64,000 nt of DNA from Epiperipatus broadwayi. Lineage: Eukaryota; Animalia; Onychophora. Positions within the stretch are counted from its first letter, which is position 1. Every line of letters begins with the position of its first letter. Below the pieces are notes generated by a model. The model saw nothing but the letters and a program-made list of their open reading frames with translations, ran no database searches and had not been told where the DNA came from. The stretch lies in the NCBI GenBank assembly GCA_028023455.1, contig JAQFVV010000005.1:9176001-9240000 (forward strand), read 5' to 3'. Shown here in pieces: positions 51,341-64,000 of this stretch. Position numbers and translations under genes: made by a program.

Positions 51341-51753
51341 GAAAAGTGCTAGGGATATTTGATTTTTTTTTGATTGAACATAGTTCTAAAAAATTTGCAT
51401 GTTTATTTGATTGTGGCAATAATTTGATCTTTTGGTCACATGAGTTTTGCTTTTTATTTTCAACCTAGAAATTTTCTAAATTTTACTATATTTGATATTT
51501 TGAATTCTAGAGATATTTGATTTTTTTTCGATCAAGCATGGGTCTACAAAATTTATGTTTATTTTTAAATTTTTGATAAAAATTGCAATTTTTTAATGAA
51601 TGGTCAAAATAACTGGAACGCTATGCCATTCCATGTTATCTGACTTTATTTAGTGCTTGTTTGTATCAATAATGGGTTTGGGGCTTTCCTTAGAAACTAA
51701 AATAGCAGAGAGGGGACTCTAAATTAGTACCATTTATTTTTACAATAATAAAA

Positions 51754-52607
51754 GTAATATTTAAACAGCATTAAACTGTTGCACATGTGCTTTGGATTTT
51801 AACTATAAAATGAATGAATACTAACACTTCAAACACTTGATAAAGTCTTTGGAAAAGATAGAATGGCCATCTATCTTTTCGAACCCAAATGTTTTTGTAT
51901 GGGTGAATCTTAAGTGTTTGAAAGTGAAAGTGTGAAGATATTAAATAATCACTTTAAATTATTTTTACATGCTTGGATGAATGATGCTGGTGAAATTTAC
52001 TAGAATTTATGATATGTCATTCTTATTTAAAGTGATTATTTAATATCTTCATGCTTTCACTTTCAAACACTTAAAATTCACCCATGCAAAAGCGTTTGGG
52101 TTCGAAAAGATAGATGGCCATTCTATCTTTTCCAAAGACTTTATCATGTGTTTGAAGTGTTAGTATTCATTCATTTTATAGTTAAAATCCAAAGCGCATG
52201 TGCAACAGTTTAATGCTGTTTAAATATTACAGTTTATAAACATCACCCTATATAAAATAATTGACTTATTTACATACCTTTAATTTCAAATAAGAATGAT
52301 GTATCGTAAATTCTAGTAAATTTCACAAGTGTCATTCATTCAAGCATGTAAAGGTAATTTAAAGTGATTATTTAATATCTTCACGCTTTCACTTTCAAAC
52401 ACTTAAGATTCGCCCATACAAAAGTGTTTGGGTTCGAAAAGATAGATAGCCATTCTATCTTTTCCAAAGACTTTATCATGTGTTTGAAGTGTTAGTATTC
52501 ATTCATTTTATAGTTAAAATCCAAAGCACATGTGCAACAGTTTAATGCTGTTTAAATATTACAGTTTATAAAAAAACATCACGCTATATAAAATAATTGA
52601 CTTATTT
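51754..52607. repeat. 332-bp structured repeat: one inverted copy (51754-52028), then two tandem copies (52029-52360, 52361-52607)
   Basis: Copies are visibly >90% alike. Each has the hairpin gaaaagatag-atggccatt-ctatcttttc (e.g. 52104-52132). Confidence 0.92.
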
Positions 52608-52679
52608 AAATAATAAAAGTAATAAAAATATATAAATAAAAAAATTAGTACAAAATAATAAACTATATGAATATTTTTT

Positions 52680-53480
52680 ACAAAAAAAAAAATTGCAAAT
52701 GTCATTAAAATAAGATGTACAGATTGGATTTATAAAGAAATGAATTAAATAAATTTTTTCCTTCATATTTCTCTAGAAAATTTGTCAATTATTTAAAATT
52801 ACTAATATTGTTATACATTTTTTTGTCATATGAGAGTTAGAAATCATTTTCTTAATAAAAATAACTCCCTATGTTGTAATGTTCGTAAATTGTAATCAGA
52901 TTGAAATTTTATCTTACTGCAAACTGATATTTAAAAGTTATTACAAATATTTACATATACAAATAAAAAAATTAACAAATATAAAACAAGAAAGTGTGCT
53001 TTAAGTTTTCCATTAAAAAAGCCCAGAACTGAGTACAAATTGCAATGGCAGAAACTATCTGAACATTGACTATAACATTAGCTGTTGTCCATAGCCCTGT
53101 TTGCCTGATAAAATATTTTTTTCTTTCATATTGACTTAAAAAACTTGCTATAATCACAATTCTGATAGACAAAAACTAAATGTTAAAGTTTGTAGAATGG
53201 AAAAAGGTAATAAGAAATTATTTTTTTTAATATTCTATTTAAAAATGCCACAGAGTATAATAACCATTTTCATTCTGATTAGTTATTTTTTCATGAAATA
53301 GATATGCATAAAATTGCTCTTCTTCACATTATTTTAATAAACTATTTAATTATCTTTTTATAATTAATGAAAAATTTGGTATTTAATGTACTATCAAATA
53401 CAAAACACATTTAATTCTAAGAAAAAAAAAGAAGGAAAACATATACTATTTTAAAGAAAAGAATGTAACAAAATTTAAGC
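52680..53480 (-). mobile_element. Decayed Penelope-like RT fragment
   Basis: YQANRAMDNS..VIVN (QxxGxAMGS..IAN-like), FVYVNI and IKF. Homologous to 8500-9130. Confidence 0.45.
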
Positions 53481-53881
53481 CCAGCATTGTTTATGTGTAA
53501 AGTTATCGGATCCATTCTCATCTGTAACTTCTAGCTTCTCGAACGTTTTATGAACTCCCGAGAGATATGGTTTTTTAATTCTTCTTTAAAATTATTTATA
53601 GTGTAATCATTTTTGTTCTCAATTTATTTATTAACAAAATAAATCAATACAATAGATTGTGTGTCTATAAATTAATTATCTTTCTTTAGTTAGAAAAAAA
53701 AAACTTATTGTTCTGTATGATTATGAGACTTCTGCTGATTTCTAGGCCAACAACCATTTAACACACTTTATTCATACAAAAATGAAGATAGATATTAATC
53801 TTATACAAGACTAAGAAAAACCAATAGAGAAAACAAATTAGCAACAAATAAATCATTATAACGAGTTTGTATCTTTAATAT

Positions 53882-55605
53882 TGTAACGATCAAATCTGTA
53901 CATTCGCGCAACAAAATTCAGAGTTTTAGTAAATCATCCCAAGACCGATCGAAATGAGATTGTTGAGACCCCTTGTCCAATCTAGCCCCAGTTCCTTTAT
54001 CAACACTCAAAGATTTACTACCTTACGGATGACATATATGAGGTCACAACAGTATTTTCCTTAATCGCGTGCCGGCAGTAGCACATCGGTAAAACATAAG
54101 ACTATAGGAAACTGGCATATTTAACAATATAGCTATATATAGGTGTAGGCATGAGCATAGTTACTAAATACAGATTGTGATTCTTAATAACTAATAGCTA
54201 ATTAATCAATGATTCGATAATTAATAACAATGATACAGATGATAATAGTAATGACGACTCTATGATGAATAATAATGACAACAATGAGCAAGATTGAAAC
54301 ACTAATCAGAAGTTAAAGTTTAAAGTAATTTAATGAAAGCCAAATATTTAAATAATAAAATTAATAAATGAAATAATAAAATTATAATAGGATTATATAG
54401 CTTGTCTCACTCGCAGAGGATTATTTTAGGGATTACAACTTATTAACATTTAAGTTTTGGTTCACACGCAAGTAATGATTTTAAGGATTACAAGTAGTTT
54501 TGGTTTACATATATATAGAGTTTCAAATCACTCGCAGGTGATTTTAGTTTTCTGGTTACAAATTGTTTAAATTATTTTACTTGCTATATATATGTATTGC
54601 TCACAGGTGATAAAGATTTATGGTTTACTGAGTTACAGTTTCATGAACCTTATTATTATTTTATAAATTTAGTTTAATTTGCTCACGATGATCTATGCCT
54701 AGTTTATGCTATAATTTTGGATTTAGATTTGCTTTAGAGCTAGCAGAAGTGATTATTATTATTTATAAAGAATATTTTATTAAACGCGAATTAATCAATA
54801 TATTTTCTACATAGCTTACGTGCCTATAAAATTTAGATTCTGATTCAGATCAAAGCTGAAATATACAATTATTATGGTGGGATGAACTGATGATTGGCAG
54901 TCAGACTTCAGATACCAAGGCGTATAGAAAATATACAATCTGAGTCCCTGCATCTTGAATGTGTGCTTTTTCATGGGATTTGTACCTAGTACCGGTTCCC
55001 TTAACACCGTACCCATTGCTGTGAAATAGAGACCTTTAGTCCGGGTGATCGAACAACTAGTTTAATCTGCTGGATCCTTATGCTCCAGTTCTAAGTATGC
55101 TGAATGGGGTGACTCTTAACCTACGCCCATCTGAAGAATATAGTTGTCCAAACTAAGAGTAATTGGATAGCCCTTGAAACATATGCCCATAAGAATATAA
55201 TGTACAGCAACAAGTATGTATGCCTAAACATTTCTTAAGGACCCATTTGCCCCGCTGACTACATTATATAATAAAATAGGATGCTAAACAAGTTTCCTTC
55301 CATGAAACTACCATAGATCAGTTCATTATATAGCATCTATAATTATGCTATTAAAGAAAACTTATGAATCTAATTTGCTAAGCTATCTATATAGGCATTT
55401 ATAATTCTAGGGAGGATTACAGCATATCTTGGATAATTACGATATTAAATTCTAGCTTTATGCTGTATTTCATCACCTCAGCTAAATATTAATTCAATAT
55501 GATGTTTGAAGCAAACTGCTGTAAGCTTTTAATTATGTCTTAAATAAGACTTATTTTATCCATTTCAGAAAGTTTTGTTTGTGTATTAATAAATGCGAAA
55601 TTACA
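53882..55605 (-). mobile_element. Possible solo LTR / LTR-like element
   Basis: TGTAA..TTACA termini, CpG retained, no ORF, AATAAA on the minus strand near 54780. Flanks aatat/tatat match at 4 of 5 positions. Confidence 0.35.
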
Positions 55606-57699
55606 TATATGTGCGTGAGAATATCTAATCGCTTCTCACTAATGATTTAACTAAGAGTAAAACTCCATTCTGAACAAATATATCCTAAACAAATACATAA
55701 TTGAAAATAATAACATTTGGCATAGATTTAAATAAAAGAAACATAATTTTAGAGATAAGCTTTCATGTAAGTGAAATCTGAAATTTGGCTTTATTTGGCT
55801 TAGTTTAAAAAGGGAAATGAAACAAAATTAGCTTAAAATTGATTGATTCAGTTTACTATAGATTTAACTCATTTACGAGAATTATTAATAAAAGCAAATA
55901 TTCTTATTAGGCTAAATTATGTAAAATAATTTCAAAAACATAATTATCATTTAAATAAATCCTTTAGAATTATACACAATAAATCAGTTATGATAAATCA
56001 TTGGGAATCAATCAATTAAAGCAAGTTAAAACTAAATCAGTTTTAATAAACCGGAATAAAATATAGAAGTTGAAATTAAAGCAATCAGAAATAAATCAAT
56101 AAATCAGGCAAGATTTGGGATTTACGAAGTTTAGATTAAAGTTAACTTTAGATGGATGGAGATTTGTTACCGCTTTAAGTTTCTCTGCTCTGGCAAGTTG
56201 GCTACATCTTGAGGGTTTCTTTGGGTAGCATCGGCTTCCTGTTCACTTTTCTCCACATCATGTAGACTATCGTGGGTCCAGAAAGCAAAGGAATTGCCCT
56301 TTCTAGCCCATCATCATCATCATTACTAATTTATAAAATACTTTAGATGAATTGAACTGAATGAATGCTGAATAAGTGAATAAGTTAAGTGAATCAAAGA
56401 TGGCTAAAGCAACTTATATACTAGCTCACCCCCCCATCCCATCTTAGTAATTTCAGATCTGCTTTTCTAATTACTTCGCTGTATTCTCCGAAATCGTGGA
56501 ATCCCTGCTGTCATTGATTTTTTTACAGGTGGGTTTTCTCTCGCTTGGCCAGGTTAATTTATTCATACTTGGTTTTAAAATCTATTTTTACTTTTAAAAT
56601 TTTAAATAATTCAGAATTCAGTGAGAAGGATTAAATTTTATGAAGTTATCCTTTTTAGAAAAACAAATCTAAAGATGGAAAACATTTTATTATATATGCA
56701 ACTCAATTATATAATTTAGCGATACATGCAGAAATATAATAATTTCAAATATTAATTTTTAGAATAAATATTCTAAATAAAGAAATTTCTAATGTTTTAA
56801 TTCTATTAACATTATTCTTTCCTGTATATATGTAGTTTTCTTGTTACACATACAAAGCATTTTCCATTTACTTAACTACTAGAAATATATATGTGCGTAT
56901 TTACTGAATATACATCCGTTTCTTATACTGTATGCTAAATATATGCACACATACACAACTAGTATATTTAGGTTTAAAATTACCATGATTTTAGCATAAT
57001 ATTAATATAATATATGAGGATTTGGATATAGGTATACAAAATAAATACTACTATAGTATATAGTAGGTGAAACAGAAGAAAAGGCAGATCTGATTGTTTC
57101 AATATATATAAACTATGACTTGGGATAACAGTAAATAGCAAATATGCATATGTAATGAAGAGTATTTTGCCAGTGAGCAAATATATTCATTATTATTATT
57201 ATTATTTTTTTTTATATAAATATTTTTATATTACATACTTATATGTCATGTTCTTTTCCAGAATAAAGAGAATAAATATGCAGATGAGTACTTTCCATAA
57301 CCATGATAATATTTTATCAACTTTGGTGGCAATTTCTCTTTGAGCTATTTCTCAATAAATTTTTTTTTAATACAGTATTTCAATTTTAAAGCTACTATGC
57401 ATATTCATTTTATGACAATAGTTTATCAACTATTATTTTCAATATATTTTACTGATATATGAAATAACATTATTTTACTTCTATATAATCTTAGTGTGGA
57501 CCAATATTCATGAATAAAGGTAGCTGCATTTTGTTTTTATTCACAGCAATTGACTTATCCTACACAATATTATATATTTTATATATTCCTTGGTCTGAGT
57601 ATTAGCAATAAATGAAATTAATCAACTATTTAAACTTAGATCGAATGCTTTTGGAAGAAATTATTTGGTATTAAAAGAAAATGTATGCTTGAAAATGGA

Positions 57700-58010
57700 T
57701 TTTTAAATAAGATGTTTTATCAATGCTTAAATAAAGATCTGAGGCTTGGATACTTAATAAAAGAATAATATAAGAATTTCAGATCACAGAAAATTATAGG
57801 ATGAATTATGCTGGGAATAAAAACATGTGAGTGACAGTATTGTTGATAAGAATCTAAAATAAAGTTGGATTTAACATGTTGCTATAAAATATGGCAATAG
57901 ATGAACAATTGAATTCTTATTCAATGTCAAGAGATTATAAAAAGTCAAGAAAGAGATTATGTGTAAGATGGATGGATGAAGTAAGGAAGTATGCTATAGT
58001 GATGTGGAAA
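57700..58010 (+). mobile_element. Decayed RTE 3' fragment (44-47 kb family)
   Basis: gatctgaggcttggatact and gtgtaagatggatggatgaagtaaggaag match the C-terminal region of the young copy. Confidence 0.7.
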
Positions 58011-58099
58011 AAAGAATTAAAATAAATTATATAATTATGTTAGCCCATTTTCATCATTTAATATTAAATGATTTTAGAAAAATTCAAAGTTTATTTAAA

Positions 58100-59280
58100 T
58101 TTTTCAAACATATTCAACTCTAAGTTAGTATAATAATGTTTTGAATGATATTATTTTATTCCCTTCTTCAGGTGTTAGTATGGATCTTTATTATTCATAA
58201 ATATTGAAATTTAAGATGTCATTCTAACCAACTATACTATTCTTTCAAAGGCCCTATTGTTTACTCCACTTTTTCCTCAGAGCAAAGTTAATTAGTGGCT
58301 TCCAGTCATTATGAATTAATCACATTAGGTTGACTTATGGAGTTATTTCTCAATATCAAGCAACTTCTTTGAATTTTTTTTGATATATTTTTTTTTCTCT
58401 ATCCATTATTTTTGTATTTTCTCAAACACATGTTCATTGATACATACATTATCTCTACTTTAGATATATCTGGGTATTTTTTTTTTTTTTATCTAATTAT
58501 CAGTTTATTTTTAAATTGATTTTCATTGACCAACTGGTTTCATCAATATACATTCTTCAATATTCATATGCTATTTCATAGATGTAATTTTTGTTTTTCA
58601 GTGATTCAAGTTTAGGATTTGTAGTCATCATGATACATCATAGCATGATATAGTTTTGGAAACCTGTCCTGATGTTATATTTCATTGCAGATTTTTTTTA
58701 GTGTGTCTATTATTCCTGGTATGTAGAGATATACTATTTGTCCTATTCCCATCCCTAATGGAAACATTTGGATTCAATGAGCATCATTGCCTATTGACCC
58801 ATTTTGCCATTGGCTGTGTGGTATCTATTTATACAAATGTTATTTTAAAGCAATGAATGATCCATCCGATCTAGATAAGATGGGATCTGGACTAATCCAT
58901 TATTGAAAGGCAAGATGAGATTATGATATTATAGTACTGAACTAAAAAAAACTTTTTTCTTTTAATAAATGTTTTTGTTGTATTTGTTTTTTAATGACAG
59001 CTGATAATAATCACTCTTCACGAGTTTGTTCTATGAAGGTCTTTGTTTTTTCTAAATCATTAGTTTCTGGACAAATTTCTTTTGCTTTGTTCTATAGTGA
59101 AAATATAGTTCCATGTTTTGTCTTTTTAGTGTAGTTGGATGTATATATATGATAAGTGCTTTACTGTGTAGATGGTTTTTCTGTGAATCGTAGTTTTGAT
59201 TTTGCTAGAGGAAACCTTATCACATGAACATCTAAGAATTTCAATTTTTGTTCTTGTTCTGATTTTATCCTGTTTAATTG
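58100..59280 (-). mobile_element. Penelope-like retroelement relic (RT thumb, GIY-YIG endonuclease, terminal repeat)
   Basis: EQEQKLKFLDVHVIR..KIKTTIHRK; LYIPGI..KYNIRTGF; KNYIYEIAY..MYIDETS; ISQP..WKPLI. A decayed CUGAAGA-A-GGGAAU..AUUC-AAAAC motif at 58135-58171 sits in the expected 3' position. Confidence 0.85.
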
Positions 59281-59629
59281 AAGGGATATGTCTAGGTTTG
59301 AATCCAATATTAGTGTTGACACTTGTCAGTCTGCAACCTCCGAAGTAAAGAGAAGACTACTACTCGAAATGTTGTCCTACATACTAATCTATGTACTCTT
59401 ATAAATAGTTGAAGGTATTTGAAAAGTTTGAATTTTTCTAAAAACATTTAATATTAGATAATGGAAATAGTCCAACATTTAATTTCTACTAAAATGCCAT
59501 CATCATAAATCTTCAGGCAAAAAAAATTATAGTTCAGAAAAACTGAATTATGCTCGTAGTCATTTTGCAATTAATTGATAAAAGTTAAAAATAATTATAT
59601 GATTTTTACTTATTTTTGGCTGAAGATTT

Positions 59630-59880
59630 ATTTGTAAAACCAATGACGTCCATAAAATAAAACCCCAAAATAATTTTAGAGGGGTGGAGGTGATTAAAAT
59701 TCAAACCAATCGCTTAACGTTTAAAATAAATATTCCAAATTCTCTGATGATTATACGGAATAAAATTATAGAACTTTGATTAAAATCCCTTTTGAGTATG
59801 ATTGGCAGTTGTTGAAATTAAAAATTAATTATATGAAAGGACCAATCAAAAGAATCGGCGTATTTACTGCAGTCTGCGTT
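59630..59880 (+). promoter_or_regulatory. Probable Pol II promoter: four CCAAT boxes and a CRE-like site
   Basis: CCAAT at 59640, 59706 and 59842, ATTGG at 59801, TGACGT at 59644, with local CpG retention. Confidence 0.55.
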
Positions 59881-60249
59881 TTTTTTTTTGTGTTAACTTT
59901 ACAACAATATTTTGCTATAAAAATACGGTGATTTTGATACTATTTAGGGTGAAGAGATTTTTTCAGTCTAGTGGGGAAGACTATTTAAAATCTATTTAGA
60001 TATTATTATCGCGATTATATTTATTCACGCAGGGAACATTATATTAAGGTACAATTTTGTTGCTTGTACATTTATCATTTATATTATTTGTCTGAAAGAG
60101 CCCGACATATAATTTCAACTCATAAATATATAGTATTTATTTATTATCTGTACTATATGTTTTACACAATACATACTAATGTTTTTAATGACAGGCAGCT
60201 TTAATTGAAAATACTAGTTGATTGTTTCACTGAAATTTTTAATGAAATG

Positions 60250-61500
60250 TTAAATTTTAATTTTACAATTTCTCATTATAGTAGTAAATTATATTTTAAA
60301 TTATTAGAGAAACACTTTCAACTGTATATTAAATTGTTGCAAATTCCTTAGGCTTTGTTAGATTCATTTTTGAAGTTATATAACCCAATAATTTTCTTTG
60401 CTTTCAATGCCTTTAATTACATATTCTTATTTTATTAAAGCAGGTACAATATTTAAATTTGAAATTATGTGCTGTGATTGAAAAAAAGTTATTTTCTAAT
60501 AATTATTGACATTTTTAATTTGTAACTAAATTATTTTTTTTCTCAATTTTTATTTAGCTTATTTTCAATTATTTAGGTTAATACAATGATTAGTCATTGG
60601 AGTTTTGTGAAGCCTTAGTCAGCTCTTCTCTAACTGTGACTTCAGTTTGTGTCTGTGTGACCTTTCCATCTTTTAATTTCACACAAAGTATTTCTAATTC
60701 ATTCTTATTATATATACTTTTATTTAACTTTTTTTTTTTTTCTGTAAAATTTTATAACTAAATTTTTACTTATTTCTGATATAGTTATTGCTACATTCCC
60801 AATGACAATATAGTAATTCAGAATTTGCAAACAATTTTAACAAAAAAATTAGTTAAAAATTTGAATTTTTAATTTTATATGGCATTCAGTAGTCTTTGTG
60901 GTATTGTCATTTAGCAGTATTAATTTGTGTCTGAAGTTTTTTTATTCCTGATTTCTGAAGTTCTATAAAACTACAAAATAAAAAATATGAATTTTTTTTA
61001 AAGAAATGTTTTGTTTCAAATAAATGCATTAAAAAGTGAAACATAAATTTTCTTAAGCGTTTACAAATAAAAGCATTAAAATGATTATATTCAGAAATTC
61101 ATAATCATATTTCCACAGAATCATTTAAATAAACTTTCAACTAATGCTTATTTTGAATGGATTTATCATTGTACAAGAAAGTGGGTATGATTCATTGAGG
61201 ATCTGATTTATAAATTTTGAAACATGATTACCCACAGTTTTTATTTGTGAAAACTGGGGGGGAAGTCTGAAAAAAAATTGTGTATTTTTTAATGTATTTT
61301 TGACTTATAAATACATTTATGTAAATAAAAACTTTTTTTTTAATTTTTATTTCTTCTTAAATTAGAATGGTCTACTCATTCGTGAATAATCATGTTTAAT
61401 GCTTTGTTGTTTTGAAATGATTGACATATCAAATATTATTATTATTCAAAGGTGTGTATTGAGATTAAAGGGAGGGGGAAACAATTGAATTTTTTTTGGT
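60250..61500 (+). other. Diverged paralogue of 13600-14215 (intron, acceptor and downstream intron)
   Basis: Collinear shared blocks, including the identical 24-mer tacaatatttaaatttgaaattat (13829 and 60445) and atttag|gtta (13941 and 60571). Confidence 0.75.
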
Positions 61501-62949
61501 AATTAATTATTTATGAAATAATATTTGTAAATTAGTTTATTTAAAATTAAATCAATTCTTTTTTTTTTTACTTTTATATGTTACCTTGTCATTTGGCTTT
61601 TAGTTATTTAATTATAGATTTCAATATTTAGAATATAATACATTTATTAAGATTAGTTTTCTATATTTATCAAAAAAAATGCATCATTTCTATATTTGTG
61701 TAAAATTATATTCAGTAAAAAAAAAATTAAATACCAGTTAAATATTTTTAAAATTTCTGTAACATTTTTGTATTATAACATGGAAAAGTAAAAAGCAATG
61801 ATTAAATAAAACATTTTTATTTATCAGAAATGTAATATTTAATTCAAGAATTTATTTAGATATTTTTTACAGATATTTTATGATTATGGCTATTTATATA
61901 TTTAAAAAGAATACACATTGTAAATTTTTATTAACTTATCTTTATATATTTGCTAAATATAGAACAAGTATATAATTCATAACAATTGTGGGAATGGAGA
62001 GAAAAAATAATTTCTAGATTATTATATCTTTGCACTATCATGTTCATGTAGTGTTTTCTGGTATAGCTTCCTATTTTTGTGTAAATTTAATTCAAAAATT
62101 GTTTCTATTAATCCTTATATATATGTGTGGCAGAAATAAATAAAGTGCTACTGCGGAAAAATATCAGAATATCTTACTGTGGAAATACTGAATGTACTAG
62201 TTTATTCAACAAATCCGCTAGGATAAATAATATACTTGATAATTTTTTTTTTTCTATTAAAATTTAAAAAACTTATAAAATATGTTAAATATGAAAATGG
62301 CATACAAAAAAACCAAAGCAAATAGTCATTATCTTAAGGTGAATCCATTGCTTCCATAGATAATACATTACTGCTTCTATTTTATTTATTAAAAAAAAAT
62401 TGATAATTTCTGAAATTTAATAAAATTATGAGATGGGGATGTATTTAGAATTTTTATATAGAATTCACTACTTTAATTTTAAAAATATGTTTTATTTAAT
62501 TAAATATTTTAATTGTGAATGCAAGTAAAGCTAAACACAGTACAATAAATCAATATGCACATTTAAAAATAAAACTGAAATAACAATGATCGTTGGAGTG
62601 GTTGATGTAACAACATAATTTTTCTATCCGATCTGTTTTAAAAAGTTTATTGACTCTGCTGTTTAGTTTGATTTTATTTTTTAATTATCAGTTAACAATT
62701 CAAAACTAATAATTTAATTCAGAGATTTCCAAATTTATTTGGGTTATTGCTCCACTTCCGAGAAAAAATTATTCAGTGTCCTTTTGGAAATCTATTTTCT
62801 TCAAATGAACAAATAGAAAAATGTAGTGATGATTTACATTTTAAATTTTATGTATTTATATTTTCTATATACATCTTATAACATAATAAAGAAAAATATA
62901 AATAAAACACCTTTAAGCTTTAAATTATAAAATTAATTTTTAAAATCAA

Positions 62950-63900
62950 TCAACAATAATGTTCACATTCCATTCAGAAAATTATGGTAACAAAAGATAA
63001 TATTAAAATAAAAATCATGAATAGCATTAAAAATAATCCTAATAAGAAGGATAAAGTTGGTGTTCTGATATTAATTTATTGATGTTTGGAACTGATTTGT
63101 ATTTAAATGAAATTCAAGTTCCACTAAATATAATGTGGCAAATGTGATGAAAAATTTGTTTTGTAGCTCATAATTCATTATAAAGTGTAGATAGCTGCTT
63201 TTGCAGTCAGAACTGTTGATAGCTGTCTTTGAATTTCAATTTCTAATTTGTTGTTGTTTTTATCTTTACTTGTAATTTTGAAGATTCTTCTGTGTTTATG
63301 TTCAATAAAGGATCCAAAATTTAATAACAATATGTTGAATTTAAGAATATCATTAAATCACTGATTAAAATCAGAATGGAAAGCACACGAATGTTTATAA
63401 TAGGTGAGTGAGTCTTCATTATATTTTTCTACTGTTGATAAATTTAAAAATTGGTTGAATTCCCCTCATCCAAATTTTTTTTGTTGGATAGAAATTTTGT
63501 CACAAATATGAAAATAAGCTGTTGGTTTTGATTATGTTCAACTTATCACCTTGGAACTGTAGATTTATATCATTAAATTTATTAAACAAATCTGTCAAAT
63601 TAGCTCATTTTTGGAATTAATCAAATTGGCTTGTAATGTATTGTCTTTGTTTATTGGGGAAGTCTAATACTGAATCAAAGAGTTTACAAAACTCAAATAA
63701 ACAGTCACTTTTGATTATCAATATTTTTATATGAAGTAGCAAGTAATTGAACTCATTTTTAACACAAAATTGTCTGAACAGTCTGTCATTCAATGAATTG
63801 TTTCTGATTTTATTAGTTGCTTTAGTGATAGAATGACATATGAAAGCAATCATTCAGATTTTAGGCAACTAGATATTGATAATGAATGATACAGTAGACA
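62950..63900 (-). mobile_element. hAT transposase relic (SCAND3/ZBED-like)
   Basis: ORF 63617-63853 NKIRNNSLNDRLFRQFC..LLLH..LFDSVLDF matches the LNxRLFxxLC..LLLHTEVRW region of this family. Confidence 0.75.
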
Positions 63901-64000
63901 GTAAATACATCTGGAACTATTTTTTTTTTTAATATGCAAGAAAATTCTCATAATGCTTCAGTATTACTGATATTATTTGATGGATTTTTTTTTCTTTAAA

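Noticed and set aside
52060-52160. 332-bp unit read as a hammerhead (cttaaga..gaaa..)
   Set aside because: Core G5 is absent, 17 nt separate the putative cleavage site from stem I, and the core is not conserved in the 36-kb copy.
54886-54930. CTGATGA motifs at ~54887, ~59744 and ~42066 (minus)
   Set aside because: No stem II directly followed by GAAA.
56165-56527. Second small TG..CA solo-LTR candidate
   Set aside because: No target-site duplication and no second copy in the window.
59335-59392. gag..ctc-GAAA-tgttgtc hammerhead-like tail next to the PLE
   Set aside because: The CUGANGA box is not recoverable (ccgaagtaaa). Too decayed to call.
59506-59630. ~18-bp inverted repeat aaatcttcag(g/c)caaaaa
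   Set aside because: Short and AT-rich with no TSD. It could be a MITE remnant but is unsupported.

Overview
Very AT-rich, strongly CpG-depleted eukaryotic DNA from an invertebrate animal (probably an arthropod; this is inference from composition and TE/zinc-finger style). The only convincing host coding sequence is a single + strand exon (31422-33272) with 16 tandem plus 1 distal C2H2 zinc fingers. Its probable promoter and 5' exons lie at about 12.5-16.5 kb. A diverged, collinear copy of that 5' region at about 60.2-61.5 kb suggests a second paralogue starts near the right edge. The rest is largely decayed mobile DNA: several RTE-clade LINEs (one near full length at 44.1-47.2 kb), Gypsy relics, one hAT element with intact ends and an 8-bp TSD, two further hAT relics, Penelope-like (PLE) relics and many foldbacks. 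The most striking non-coding signals are (i) minimal type I hammerhead-ribozyme motifs in inverted and tandem PLE-type terminal repeats (3.5-4.1, 26.8, 27.9-28.0 kb, with weaker copies at 9.1, 37.0 and 58.1 kb), including a tandem pair able to form a dimeric hammerhead, and (ii) a 332-bp repeat unit whose hairpin shows compensatory base changes between diverged copies. All calls were made by eye, with no alignments, folding or database searches, and relic boundaries are approximate.
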